Source of the DNA: Edaphobacter sp.
Lineage (GTDB): Bacteria > Acidobacteriota > Terriglobia > Terriglobales > Acidobacteriaceae
Direction of reading: 5' to 3'
Assembly (NCBI RefSeq): GCF_035532915.1
Contig: NZ_DATKQC010000198.1
Span: 1-61,201 of the forward strand
DNA length: 61,201 nucleotides
Of this stretch, positions 10,596-19,497 are shown one piece after another. The position numbers were made by a program, and so were the translations under genes. The stretch's first letter is position 1. Every line of letters starts with the position of its first letter. Below the pieces are notes generated by a model. The model saw only the letters and a program-made list of their open reading frames with translations. It was not told the DNA's origin and made no database searches.

Positions 10596-10647
10596 ACCAT
10601 AATTCGCACAGAAAACAAATGTCAAGCTATAAGAATAACGTTTGTCT
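10596..10647 (-). promoter_or_regulatory. Sigma70-type promoter with adjacent LacI-like operator for the TonB-dependent receptor
   Basis: Minus strand TTGACA (10625-10620), 18 nt, TATGGT (10601-10596). Imperfect CG-centred palindrome AGAATAACGTTTGTCT at 10632-10647. Confidence 0.55.
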
Positions 10648-10694
10648 AAAATTATTCACGATTGCCAAAATAGGAGGGTGAACGGGAGGATGGG

Positions 10695-11149
10695 CTAGCT
10701 TAGTGTGTAGAAGGCGGTCCGGATACCAGCGACCCCCGGCCCTACGAGGGATCCGCCATTGTTTGAATGAACAGAGATCTCTGACCTGCCGTTGTACGTC
10801 TGCACGACCCGGGAGCCTCGCGATGTGCCGCGATTATCGATCAGTGCGCCTGGGGCTACAACCGTGAAATGTACCAAATTATTTGCGTTCAGGCACAGAT
10901 TCCCGTTGGCATCGTATAATCTGACCGCGACGGTGATCGCTTCTTTGCCGTCGATCGTGCTTCGTGCTGTCTCAGTCAACTTCAAATAGACGGAGTCTTC
11001 CATCTATCTATCTGGTAGAGGAAGTCGATCTCGTCGGTGACTGTTGTTGCCGCATTGGAGGCGACGACCCTTAGATTGTTCTTACCCTGTACAAATGAGG
11101 TCATCCAGCGGAGTCCTGCGGCACGAAAGTCCTGGTTTTCCCGGTGCAT
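10695..11149 (-). pseudogene. Frameshifted C-terminal remnant of a GH2 (beta-galactosidase-like) glycoside hydrolase
   Basis: Minus strand reads ...QDFRAAGLRWMTSFVQGKNNLRVVAS...DEIDFLYQIDRWKTPS, shifts frame near 10985, then LKLTE...LYDANGNLCLNANNLVHF...IDNRGTSRGSRVVQTYNGRSEISV. Resembles GH2 C-terminal Ig-like domains; the catalytic barrel is absent. Confidence 0.6.
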
Positions 11150-11385
11150 TAGATGTTGGGAGCCATCTATGCCGATATCCCTATTCCGGAAATGCGATCT
11201 GTGCCGGATCGCAGCCGATGACGTTTCAGCTTCCGGGCTATGGCTTATCGATGCGTCGCTCGGGAGAGGATCGGTGGCGGTTTGCGGGAGTTTCTTGCGT
11301 TCCCTTGGACTAATAGCGGGTTCGGGACTGCGGTCGCTGAGTGGACAGGTGCGGACGGGCTAAGCCTGTTTTCTATACTGGATCG

Positions 11386-11868
11386 ATGTTTGAGACGAGA
11401 TTGGCGACAGAGGCGGATGCGGAGCTTATCAGTGAGCAGCGGTGCCAGATGTTTGTGGACTCCGGCCAGGGTAATGAGGCGCGGCTGAAAGATGTAGCAG
11501 ACAACTTCGTTCCGTGGGTGCGGGAGAGGCTGATCGATGGCCGCTATGTGGGATGGCTGACGGCGGAGGATGGACGGGTGGTCGCTGGTGCGGGAGTTCT
11601 GTTCATGGATTTTCCGCCGCACTGGATGGACTCGGAGCCTGTGAGGGCTTATCTGCTGAATGTCTATGTCGAGCCGGAGTTTCGCGGTCGCGGGCTGGCT
11701 CGGGAGCTGTTGGTGATGGCGGTGAACGATGCCCGGCAGCGAGGGATTAAGGTGGTGTCACTTCATGCCTCGAAGTTTGGCAGGCCGCTGTACGAGCGCA
11801 ATGGATTCGAGCCTACGAACGAGATGATCTTATGGAGTGAGAAGGATGTGGCGGGCGATGAAATTTGA
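11386..11868 (+). CDS. GNAT family N-acetyltransferase
   Basis: NVYVEPEFRGRGLA acetyl-CoA motif and LYERNGF. Start moved to ATG 11386 (TATACT 6 nt upstream). Confidence 0.9.
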   Translation: MFETRLATEADAELISEQRCQMFVDSGQGNEARLKDVADNFVPWVRERLIDGRYVGWLTAEDGRVVAGAGVLFMDFPPHWMDSEPVRAYLLNVYVEPEFRGRGLARELLVMAVNDARQRGIKVVSLHASKFGRPLYERNGFEPTNEMILWSEKDVAGDEI

Positions 11869-11889
11869 TCCGCCACATCCGCTTTGCGG

Positions 11890-12840
11890 CTACTGTTCCG
11901 GCGCGGTGCGGCGTTTGCGTCCGCTGATGAGGTAGACGGCGGCGCGCAGTTCGAGCAGCGGATCGTCTGAAGGCTCGATGCCGTCGACGCGCGGGATGGG
12001 ATCGAAGATGATCTGTTTCTGCTCGTGAGCGTTGTCCGCTACGGGTTGGGTTAGCTCGACCGTGCCTAATTCAAACTGCTCGCGGTCTTCGGCCCAGTGG
12101 ATGGTGGCGTTGTCCACCACGTCACCATCGTTGGCGAGTTGAGCGAAGATGCGGAATTTGATGGGGCCTTTGGCGACTCTTTCAGCGATCTCGTCGAAGA
12201 GGTAATTCGGAGACTTCTCGGCGGCTCCTGCGTCGTCGAGGAAGTCGTTGCCCGCTTCGGGGAGGATGCGATAGCGGCCATAACGGCTGTCGCCATCCTT
12301 ATTGGTAAAGTGCATGGCGGTAACGCCGAAGTAGGATTCGCGCGCAAAGCTGGAGGGGTTGGGCTTGGCTGCCTGAACGAACGCAAGCGCGGCGGGATGG
12401 CTGCCGAGGAAGGCTTCAACTGGTGTGGGGTGTGAAGTGGCGGATGCGCTGGCGGCGATGGCGCGGAGGAACTCCAGGAACTCCTCGCCAGTGCGAGCGG
12501 GGAAGCCGTCGGTCGAGTGGCTGACGATGTCGGTGTGGGAGTGCTCGGCGAGGTGGAAGCGGATGGCAAGGCCGTGCGGGCTGGCGTTGGGGTCGTTGTC
12601 GGGGATCAGAGGAAGGCCAGTGGAGTTCGAGAAGCGTACCGAGACGGGAGTGGAGGGGCGGGTAAGATGCGGGGCGCGGGAGAGTGAAGCTGCGTTGGCC
12701 GCCGGTGTGAAGGTGCCAGTCAAAATGGTCCCTTTGGCGTGGGCGGGGCGGAAGCCGGGGTGTTGGCCGAAGATGGTCTCGAACTGCTGCAGCAGGTCGT
12801 CGCCGAGGGCGATGAGCTTTTCGTCTGAGGGAAGCGGCAT
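11890..12840 (-). CDS. Catalase-related heme peroxidase (small, SrpA-like)
   Basis: RPAHAKG distal His, VRFS, FDP...GIEPSDDPLLELRAAVY proximal Tyr. AAGGAG RBS. Confidence 0.9.
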   Translation of the reverse strand: MPLPSDEKLIALGDDLLQQFETIFGQHPGFRPAHAKGTILTGTFTPAANAASLSRAPHLTRPSTPVSVRFSNSTGLPLIPDNDPNASPHGLAIRFHLAEHSHTDIVSHSTDGFPARTGEEFLEFLRAIAASASATSHPTPVEAFLGSHPAALAFVQAAKPNPSSFARESYFGVTAMHFTNKDGDSRYGRYRILPEAGNDFLDDAGAAEKSPNYLFDEIAERVAKGPIKFRIFAQLANDGDVVDNATIHWAEDREQFELGTVELTQPVADNAHEQKQIIFDPIPRVDGIEPSDDPLLELRAAVYLISGRKRRTAPEQ

Positions 12841-12921
12841 ATGGATCTCCTTGAGATTGTGGTTGTGGGGAGCCGTTGGATCTGTCTATTATGCAGCGTC
12901 ATGAAGAGGTGGATGTGAATC

Positions 12922-14727
12922 TCAGACTTTGAGGCCGATAAGCCGCATCAGTTCGACGCCATTGCTTTTGGTGACGACGCCGTCGCGTAGCTTGAAGTCG
13001 AACTTCATCTTGCCGTCTTCGATCTCGTCCTGCAGGTGCATGTTTTGCAGGCGGCCTTCGCCGGAGCGCTGCATGTCGGTCAGGGCGAGGTCGTGTGTGC
13101 TAATGATGCCGATTGCGCCGTTGTCGATCAGTTCGCTGACGACGGCTTCGGCTCCGATGAGGCGGTCCTTGGAGTTGGTTCCTTGCAGCAGCTCGTCGAG
13201 AAGGAAGAGGACGGGCGGACGCTGCCCGGCGAGATCGCAGATGTGGCGCAGGCGGGTGATTTCGGCGTAGAAGCGCGAGCTGCCTTCTTGCAGCGAGTCG
13301 TTGACGAGGATGCTTGCGGCTACGTGGAGTGGCGTCAGTTGCAGGCGCTGGGCGCGGACAGGAGCGCCTGCCATGGCGAGAACGGTGTTGATGCCGACGG
13401 CACGCATGAGCGTGCTTTTGCCGGACATATTGGAGCCGCTGATGAGCAGGGCTCGCGTTTTGCCGCTGATACTGACGGTGTTGCGGACGCATTTTGCGAT
13501 GGGGATGAGGGGGTGGCCCAGCTCTTCAGCGTAGAAGGAGGGCGGTCCTTCCACGAACTCGGGGAAGGGGTCGGCTGGATGCTCGTAGCTGTAGGCGGCG
13601 ATGGAGAGGAGCGCTTCCATTTCTCCTACGGCATTGAGCCAGGAGCTTACCGCTTTGCCGTGGGCGCGCCGCCATGCCTCGGCGGCGAAGGCGACCTGGA
13701 CGGAATACATAAGAGGTTTGTCGAGCAGGCGCATGAACAGGTTGTCGCGCGAGTCGATGTACTGGACGATGGTCTTTAGATGGGCGATGGCTTTCGAGCC
13801 GGGGATGGCGTGCGAGGCGAGCTCTTGCTTGAGGAGTAGAAGCCGGGGAGAGGTGAATGGCTCGCGTTCAAGCCGGGCCAGAAGGGATGAAAGCAACTCG
13901 AGGTCTGCGAGTGCGCGGTCAGTTCCGGCGAAGACTTTATTCAGTCGCTCTTTGAGCGAGAAGGCTATGAAGACCTCGACTACAAGGACGAGGAGGAAGG
14001 GGGTCTTGATTCCTGTTTCGCCCCAGACGATAGCTCCGGCGATGGCGAGAAGGGCGAGCAGCAGTGCGGCCCAGCGAAGGTTTTGCTGCTTGAGCTGGGT
14101 TGGCTGCTCGGCCCATTGCAGGAGAGCTTTGGGGTGGACTCCGGTCTTCAGTTTCTGTCCGTTCTCGCCGAGGATGGCCATGTCTTCACGGAGGTCGAGG
14201 CGGCTGCGGAGCTCGGAGACGGCTGCGTGGCGCTCGATGATCTCGCTGACTGGAGATGGGGAGAGGAGCCAGTGGGCGAGCGTGTCTTCGCCCATGCAGG
14301 TGCGCGCCTGCGAGAGCAGCTCGAAGAGGCTGCCAGCTCCGAAGAGATCGAGGTCAGTTGCGTAGAGGCTGGTGGTCGCATCGGGGCGCGGGGCCTGCTG
14401 GCCGTTGCCGATCCAGCGGTCTTCAATGCGCGCCAGCCCTTTGCGGTAGACGTCGACGGCTCGCTCGGCGAGGGATTTTTTGCGAAGGATGGCTGCATGG
14501 TAGGTAGCAACTGCGATGAATGCTGCGGCTGGAAGTAACAGCCACCATGCGGAGATATCGTGCCTGTAGACAGCCCACCATGCGATCAGCAGAGCTACGA
14601 TGACGAGCAGAAGACGCATGTTCCCGAGCGTGCGATGCCTTCCGTCAAGTTGTTCCACCGAGGTCTCGCGGGCCTGCTGGCGTTGTCTGTATTCCTCTGA
14701 CGGTGTTGGTATGGTAGGTGAGGGCAC
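12922..14727 (-). CDS. MutS-related ATPase with N-terminal membrane segments
   Basis: ISGSNMSGKST Walker A, DSLQEGSSRFYAE, LLDELLQGTNS and STHDL (MutS domain V). No mismatch-binding domain. Start GTG 14727 or TTG 14748. Confidence 0.85.
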   Translation of the reverse strand: MPSPTIPTPSEEYRQRQQARETSVEQLDGRHRTLGNMRLLLVIVALLIAWWAVYRHDISAWWLLLPAAAFIAVATYHAAILRKKSLAERAVDVYRKGLARIEDRWIGNGQQAPRPDATTSLYATDLDLFGAGSLFELLSQARTCMGEDTLAHWLLSPSPVSEIIERHAAVSELRSRLDLREDMAILGENGQKLKTGVHPKALLQWAEQPTQLKQQNLRWAALLLALLAIAGAIVWGETGIKTPFLLVLVVEVFIAFSLKERLNKVFAGTDRALADLELLSSLLARLEREPFTSPRLLLLKQELASHAIPGSKAIAHLKTIVQYIDSRDNLFMRLLDKPLMYSVQVAFAAEAWRRAHGKAVSSWLNAVGEMEALLSIAAYSYEHPADPFPEFVEGPPSFYAEELGHPLIPIAKCVRNTVSISGKTRALLISGSNMSGKSTLMRAVGINTVLAMAGAPVRAQRLQLTPLHVAASILVNDSLQEGSSRFYAEITRLRHICDLAGQRPPVLFLLDELLQGTNSKDRLIGAEAVVSELIDNGAIGIISTHDLALTDMQRSGEGRLQNMHLQDEIEDGKMKFDFKLRDGVVTKSNGVELMRLIGLKV

Positions 14728-14777
14728 GTGGTTATTATCACTTACCAATGGCGCCTATCTTGTATACTCCGGTGGTT

Positions 14778-15506
14778 ATGCGAGTTTTTGTGATTCTTCC
14801 GGCAGCAGGGATTGGGACGCGGATGGCCGCGCATGGAGCGACGGCGGTTGCGCCGAAGCAGTTTCTCGAGATCGGTGGCGTGCCGGTGCTGGTGCGCTCC
14901 GTGCAGGCGTTTCTTGCGGTGCCGAGAGTTGACGCGGTGTGTGTCGCGGTGCGACCGCAGGAGAGAGACCGCCTCGAGGCCCAGATGAAGGAGTACAAGC
15001 TGGGCGACCGGGTGAAGATGGTTGCAGGCGGCGACAACCGGCAGGAGTCGGTTGGCAATGCGCTCGCGGCTTTGGAGTGCACCGACGACGATGTGGTGTT
15101 GGTGCATGACGCGGTGCGTCCGCTGATTGATCCTGCGACGATTGAACGGACGATTGAAGCGGTCATCAAGCATGGTGCGGCGATTGTCGGTCTGCCCGCA
15201 GTCGATACGATTAAGCAGGTGGAGCGGACGGCGGACGGAGCGATTATCACCTCGACCATTCCGCGGGAGCGCGTCGTGCTGGCGCAGACTCCGCAGGGTG
15301 CGCGGTTTGGGCTGCTACGCAAGGCTTTCAAAGAGGCTGAGGCGGATGGTTTTGCAGGCACGGACGAGGCCAGCGTGCTGGAGCGGGCAGGAATTGAGGT
15401 TGCCGTGGTGCTGGGTTCGGCGCGGAATTTCAAGATCACGCAGCCAGGGGATATTGAGCTGGCGGAGTTTTATCTGCAAAGATCGACCACGGATTTACGC
15501 GGATGA
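14778..15506 (+). CDS. ispD: 2-C-methyl-D-erythritol 4-phosphate cytidylyltransferase
   Basis: ILPAAGIGTRM, PKQFL, RQESV, VLVHDAVRP, AQTPQ, NFKIT. The last codons lie inside the inverted repeat at 15482-15514. Confidence 0.96.
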   Translation: MRVFVILPAAGIGTRMAAHGATAVAPKQFLEIGGVPVLVRSVQAFLAVPRVDAVCVAVRPQERDRLEAQMKEYKLGDRVKMVAGGDNRQESVGNALAALECTDDDVVLVHDAVRPLIDPATIERTIEAVIKHGAAIVGLPAVDTIKQVERTADGAIITSTIPRERVVLAQTPQGARFGLLRKAFKEAEADGFAGTDEASVLERAGIEVAVVLGSARNFKITQPGDIELAEFYLQRSTTDLRG

Positions 15507-15748
15507 ATGCGGATGAAAAGCTAAAGTTCCGCGCGGATTTGGTTGTGAATGATTGCGTACTTCTTGAGTTGAAGGCCGTATCGGCTTTTGATCCGGCGCA
15601 TGAAGGGCAATTGTTGCATTATCTTCGAGCTACAAATCTGGAAGTTGGCCTTCTTTTGAGCTTTGGCCCCAGAGCACAGTTCAAGCGGTTCATACTAGAG
15701 AACGACAGGAAAAAAATCCGTGTTGGTCCGCGTGAATCCGTGGTCGAT
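15482..15748. mobile_element. Inverted-repeat-bounded element carrying a GxxExxY nuclease remnant
   Basis: Left arm 15482-15514 ATCGACCACGGATTTACGCGGATGAATGCGGAT versus reverse complement of right arm 15716-15748 ATCGACCACGGATTCACGCGGACCAACACGGAT: 28/33 identical. It interrupts the ispD-ispF pair. Confidence 0.7.
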
Positions 15749-15775
15749 ACGTTGAGGAATCGCGAATGGGTATGA
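15503..15775 (+). pseudogene. Internally deleted GxxExxY-family (PD-(D/E)XK) protein
   Basis: MNADEKLK joined directly to FRADLVVNDCVLLELKAV...HEGQLLHYLRAT...GLLLSFG. This is the C-terminal half of the family; the GxxExxY-bearing segment is missing. Confidence 0.75.
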
Positions 15776-16380
15776 GAATTGGATATGGGTTTGATTCGCA
15801 CGCATTTAAGGCGGGCGTGCCGCTGGTGATCGGCGGATTGGCGATTGAGCATAGCGAGGGGCTGGCTGGCCACTCGGATGGTGATGTGCTGCTCCATGCG
15901 ATTACCGATGCGCTGCTCGGAGCGGTTTCGGCGGGTGACATTGGGACATTTTTTCCTCCGAGCGATCCACGCTGGAAGGGCGCGGCTTCGAGCGTGTTTT
16001 TGAAGACGGCGCTGGAAGAAGTTGCTACGGCGGGATACAAAATCGTCAATATCGACACGGTTCTGGTGATGGCACGGCCCAAGATCGTGCCCATTGCCAA
16101 TGAGCTGCGGGAGCGCGTGGCGGAGTTGCTGGGGGTGCAGCCGGGCGAGGTCGGCATCAAGGCCAAAACGCCGGAGGGTTTGAATCAGGACCATGTTGCT
16201 GTTGCCCATGTGACGGTTCTCCTGGAGAGCCTGTCGGTTCCTGAGCCGGTAAAGAAGTTGTCGGCGACTGCGGATGTGGATGAGGTCAATCAGGTGGTAG
16301 AGAGCCTGGTGCAGGGAGTTCCGGATGCGTCGGCGCTGGGGCGAAAACGGCCGGCCTTCGATGCGGATGATCTGACTTAG
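15772..16380 (+). CDS. ispF: 2-C-methyl-D-erythritol 2,4-cyclodiphosphate synthase
   Basis: MRIGYGFDSH, GHSDGDVLLHAITDALLGA, GDIGTFFP, IKAKT, plus a C-terminal extension. Confidence 0.96.
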   Translation: MRIGYGFDSHAFKAGVPLVIGGLAIEHSEGLAGHSDGDVLLHAITDALLGAVSAGDIGTFFPPSDPRWKGAASSVFLKTALEEVATAGYKIVNIDTVLVMARPKIVPIANELRERVAELLGVQPGEVGIKAKTPEGLNQDHVAVAHVTVLLESLSVPEPVKKLSATADVDEVNQVVESLVQGVPDASALGRKRPAFDADDLT

Positions 16381-16438
16381 GACTGCGAGATACCGAACAG
16401 CGACGGCACCGTGATGCCGAATTATCAGGAGGGCGATT

Positions 16439-18331
16439 TTGACTTCTTTTGCGCGCTTTGCCGTGTTGCTCTTGTGCGTGGGGCCGGTTGGTGTGATGGC
16501 GCAGACGGTCGCGGATAGCAGCCTGCAGCCGCGTGCAGCTTCGACTGCCGCATGTGTGCTGAGCGGCGATGCACAATGGCTGACGCCGGCGGAGAAGAGC
16601 TGCTATGCCACTACGCCAGACTACGACGACACGATGGCTTATCTGCGGAGAGTTCAGGCCGCCGCTCCGGCGCAGGTGAAGATCGAAGGCTTCGGGAAGA
16701 CGGGTGAAGGGCGCGAGCTGGATATCGTGATCGCCTCGCGTGACGGGGTGTTCGATCCGGCGGCGATTCATGCAGCGAAGCGGCCGATCGTGTTGGTGCA
16801 GAATTCCATTCATGCTGGTGAGATGGACGGCAAGGATGCGTGTCTGGCGCTGCTGCGCGACATGGTCATCAATAAAACGAAGGCGGCGCTGCTGGACCGA
16901 GCGGTGTTTGTGTTCATCCCCATGTATAACGCCGACGGGCATGAGCGGCGGAGTGCGTACAACCGAATCAACCAGGACGGTCCCGCGGAGATGGGGTGGC
17001 GCGGCAACGGAACGAACCTAAACCTGAATCGCGATTATCTGAAGGCAGATGCGCCAGAGACTCGCGCTTTTATGGCGATGTACCATCGTTGGCTGCCGGA
17101 TTTTTTTGTCGATGACCACGTGACCGACGGCGCAGACTATCAGTACGATGTCACATTCACCATTGACGATGGACCGAATCTGCCAGCGGCTACGGTGAAG
17201 TGGATCGATGACGTGGCCAATCCCACCTTGGAGAAGTATGTGGATGCGCATGGGCATCTGGCATTCCCGAACTACATCAACCTTGTGAATGACAATGATC
17301 CATCGCAGGGGTTGGGCTTCAACGATGACCCACCACGTTTTTCTACCGGATATATGGTGCTGGAAGGGCGACCAGGAATGCTGGTCGAGCTGCACATGCT
17401 GAAGGACTATAAGACGCGGGTAACGGGGAACTACGAGATTCTCGCGGGCCTGATGGATTTGATGAACCACGATGCATATAAGGTGATTGCGCTGAATGCT
17501 GCGGCGGATCAACAGGCTGAGAGCCTTGGTGCGCATCCTTTGAGTGACGTAAAGTTTCCGCTTGCGCTGGGATGGGGCGGCCAGACGACGCCGGTGCTGT
17601 TTCGGGGGTACAAGTACAAGCGCGAGTTGAGCGCGGTTTCGGGAGCGATGTGGGTGAAGTATTCGCATGAGCCGTGGAACGTCTCGCTGCCAATACAGGC
17701 CGGGTACAAGGTGACGGCGGAGATTGCTCCTCCGGCGGCTTACATCATCCCTGCACCGTGGACGGATGTGATTGGGGTGCTGGCGGCGCACCAGGTGGTG
17801 ATGCAGCGGACGACGAGGGCGTGGACAGGTGATGTCGAGACGTATCAATGTGCGGGAATGGTATGGCAGGAACCTCCGTATGAAGGACGGCATCCGACCT
17901 TCAATGGAGAGGCTACGCACGATCCCGGCAAGTTTGGGAGCTGCGTGTTGATACGTCAAAAGATGAGCTTTCCGGCGGGGTCTGCAGTAGTGCGGCTTAA
18001 CCAGCGCTTGTCGAAGGTGGTGATGGAGTGGCTGGAACCGGCTGCGCCTGATTCAGCGTTGCAGTGGGGGTTCTTCGATTCGATCTTCGAGCAGAAGGAG
18101 TATGGCGAGGCCTATGTGCTTGAGTCTCTGGCGCGGGAGATGATGGCCAAAGACCCGAAGTTGAAGGAAGAGTTTGAGAAGAAGGTATCGAGCGATCCGG
18201 TATTTGCCGGAAACGCTAATGCGCGGCTGGAGTTTTTCTATGAGCGGTCGCCGTGGTTTGCGGCCAATCGCGTGGGCCTGTATCCGGTGGGCAGGTTGGA
18301 TGATGTGCAACAGCTTGGAGCATTGAAATGA
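16439..18331 (+). CDS. M14 family zinc carboxypeptidase, exported
   Basis: Signal peptide, IHAGEMDG (HxxE), YNADGHE, NLNRD, DDHVTDG. Confidence 0.88.
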   Translation: MTSFARFAVLLLCVGPVGVMAQTVADSSLQPRAASTAACVLSGDAQWLTPAEKSCYATTPDYDDTMAYLRRVQAAAPAQVKIEGFGKTGEGRELDIVIASRDGVFDPAAIHAAKRPIVLVQNSIHAGEMDGKDACLALLRDMVINKTKAALLDRAVFVFIPMYNADGHERRSAYNRINQDGPAEMGWRGNGTNLNLNRDYLKADAPETRAFMAMYHRWLPDFFVDDHVTDGADYQYDVTFTIDDGPNLPAATVKWIDDVANPTLEKYVDAHGHLAFPNYINLVNDNDPSQGLGFNDDPPRFSTGYMVLEGRPGMLVELHMLKDYKTRVTGNYEILAGLMDLMNHDAYKVIALNAAADQQAESLGAHPLSDVKFPLALGWGGQTTPVLFRGYKYKRELSAVSGAMWVKYSHEPWNVSLPIQAGYKVTAEIAPPAAYIIPAPWTDVIGVLAAHQVVMQRTTRAWTGDVETYQCAGMVWQEPPYEGRHPTFNGEATHDPGKFGSCVLIRQKMSFPAGSAVVRLNQRLSKVVMEWLEPAAPDSALQWGFFDSIFEQKEYGEAYVLESLAREMMAKDPKLKEEFEKKVSSDPVFAGNANARLEFFYERSPWFAANRVGLYPVGRLDDVQQLGALK

Positions 18332-18603
18332 GCGTAGGAGTTGGTGTGGAGTTTGCGGCAGTGGTAGTGGATATTCGCGAGGAGTCGCGTGTGGCGGGGA
18401 GGCAGCGCTGGCAGATGGCGCTTGACCGGACGGAGTTTGGCGCGGGCGATGTAGGAGCGCTCGAAGCGGTTGCGCCCAGTGGGGTGAGACTCATAGTCCC
18501 GGTGCTTAGCATCGCCGTAGATGCTGCTGGAGAGGTATGGCATGTGGTGGAAAAGCCGCTGGCCGCGGGCACTGCGGTGACGGCGCGCGTGAACGCAATT
18601 TGA
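18328..18603 (+). CDS. Stand-alone N-terminal beta-barrel resembling AlaX/alanyl-tRNA editing proteins
   Basis: FAAVVVDI...ALDRTEF...D.G.L...GEVWHVVEKPLAAGTAV resembles the AlaX-M N-domain. No HxxxH/CxxxH editing core. ATGA overlap with the upstream gene. Confidence 0.6.
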   Translation: MSVGVGVEFAAVVVDIREESRVAGRQRWQMALDRTEFGAGDVGALEAVAPSGVRLIVPVLSIAVDAAGEVWHVVEKPLAAGTAVTARVNAI

Positions 18604-18697
18604 TGTTTGAGCCGCAGGCTGCTTGCTGTTACACTCGGAGATGTCGTTTGATAGTGCGCATGCCCGTGAGAACGGTGATTCAGCGCGCATCTGGTGG

Positions 18698-18773
18698 GGG
18701 GCTGTAGCTCAGCTGGGAGAGCGCCTCGTTCGCAACGAGGAGGTCAGCGGTTCGATCCCGCTCAGCTCCACCA
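18698..18773 (+). tRNA. tRNA-Ala (anticodon CGC)
   Basis: GGGGCTG/CAGCTCC acceptor with G3:U70, anticodon arm CCTCG-TTCGCAA-CGAGG, GGTTCGATCC T-arm, encoded CCA. 76 nt. Confidence 0.98.
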
Positions 18774-18819
18774 AAATCAAGCATTTAACCTGAAAATCTG
18801 GGCACAAGAAGAAGCAAGC

Positions 18820-19075
18820 TAGTAGCGTCTTCGCCAAAACGAAGAAAATCAGACGTAGAATCCATGTCTTCCATGGACGCATCGGCGCAATGGCATTCAT
18901 TGCGTAAACTCTCTCTTTCATGGAGTTTGCGCGTTGGGTCATCATTCCTCGCGATCGATTCCCGTTCCTCGGTGATACGCAGAAACGCGAGTCGCTGAAA
19001 TAGGACTACCTGCTCTTCTTCAGCAATTTCAATGGAACCTGGAACCAGTACATCGATGTTAGTGCGTCAGTTTGA
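18820..19075. pseudogene. Rearranged remnant of a conserved hypothetical gene
   Basis: Plus strand 18911-19075: LSFMEFARWVIIPRDRFPFLG...LK*DYLLFFSNFNGTWNQYID (TAG at 19001). Minus strand about 18906-18820: YAMNAIAPMRPWKTWILRLIFFVLAK. Confidence 0.5.
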
Positions 19076-19155
19076 AACTGGCGCACTAACGGCAATTTGG
19101 AAGTATTGACATATCGTCTTGACCGTGCGCGCAGGGCGCGGTTGGAATCAATCGT

Positions 19156-19428
19156 TTGGCATACCTCGATATGGGCATCCTCAATGCCGCAGCAGGCCGG
19201 AACGCAAATGCAGAGATCGAGTTTAAGAAGGCCATCGATATAAATCCCGATGGCGCACCGGCGCCTGGCGCGTCTTTTTCAGGCGATAGGAGACAAGACA
19301 CAGGCGGATAGGGAATTAGCTAGAGTAAAGCTGCTGCATCAGAGGAAGGATCGTAAGGACCAGGCTCTCGGGGATATGATGACTCGCCCTACTGGCGGGA
19401 GTTCGCGTCAGTGAAGTCACAAGCGTAA
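19156..19428 (+). pseudogene. Frameshifted TPR-protein C-terminal remnant
   Basis: LAYLDMGILNAAAGRNANAEIEFKKAIDINPD, frameshift near 19255, then HRRLARLFQAIGDKTQADRELARVKLLH: two TPR-like helical pairs with no start. Confidence 0.55.
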
Positions 19429-19497
19429 TTGTGTGTGCTGGCAGCGCGAGCGCGGATCGCACCGCATCGATTTTGCAAGGTATAATTCAACTCAGAG

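Noticed and set aside
16240-16380. IspF C-terminal extension as a fused domain
   Set aside because: Short acidic low-complexity tail with no recognisable motif.
18774-19497. Intact prophage or integrative element at the tRNAs
   Set aside because: No integrase and no duplicated tRNA 3' end; only gene remnants.
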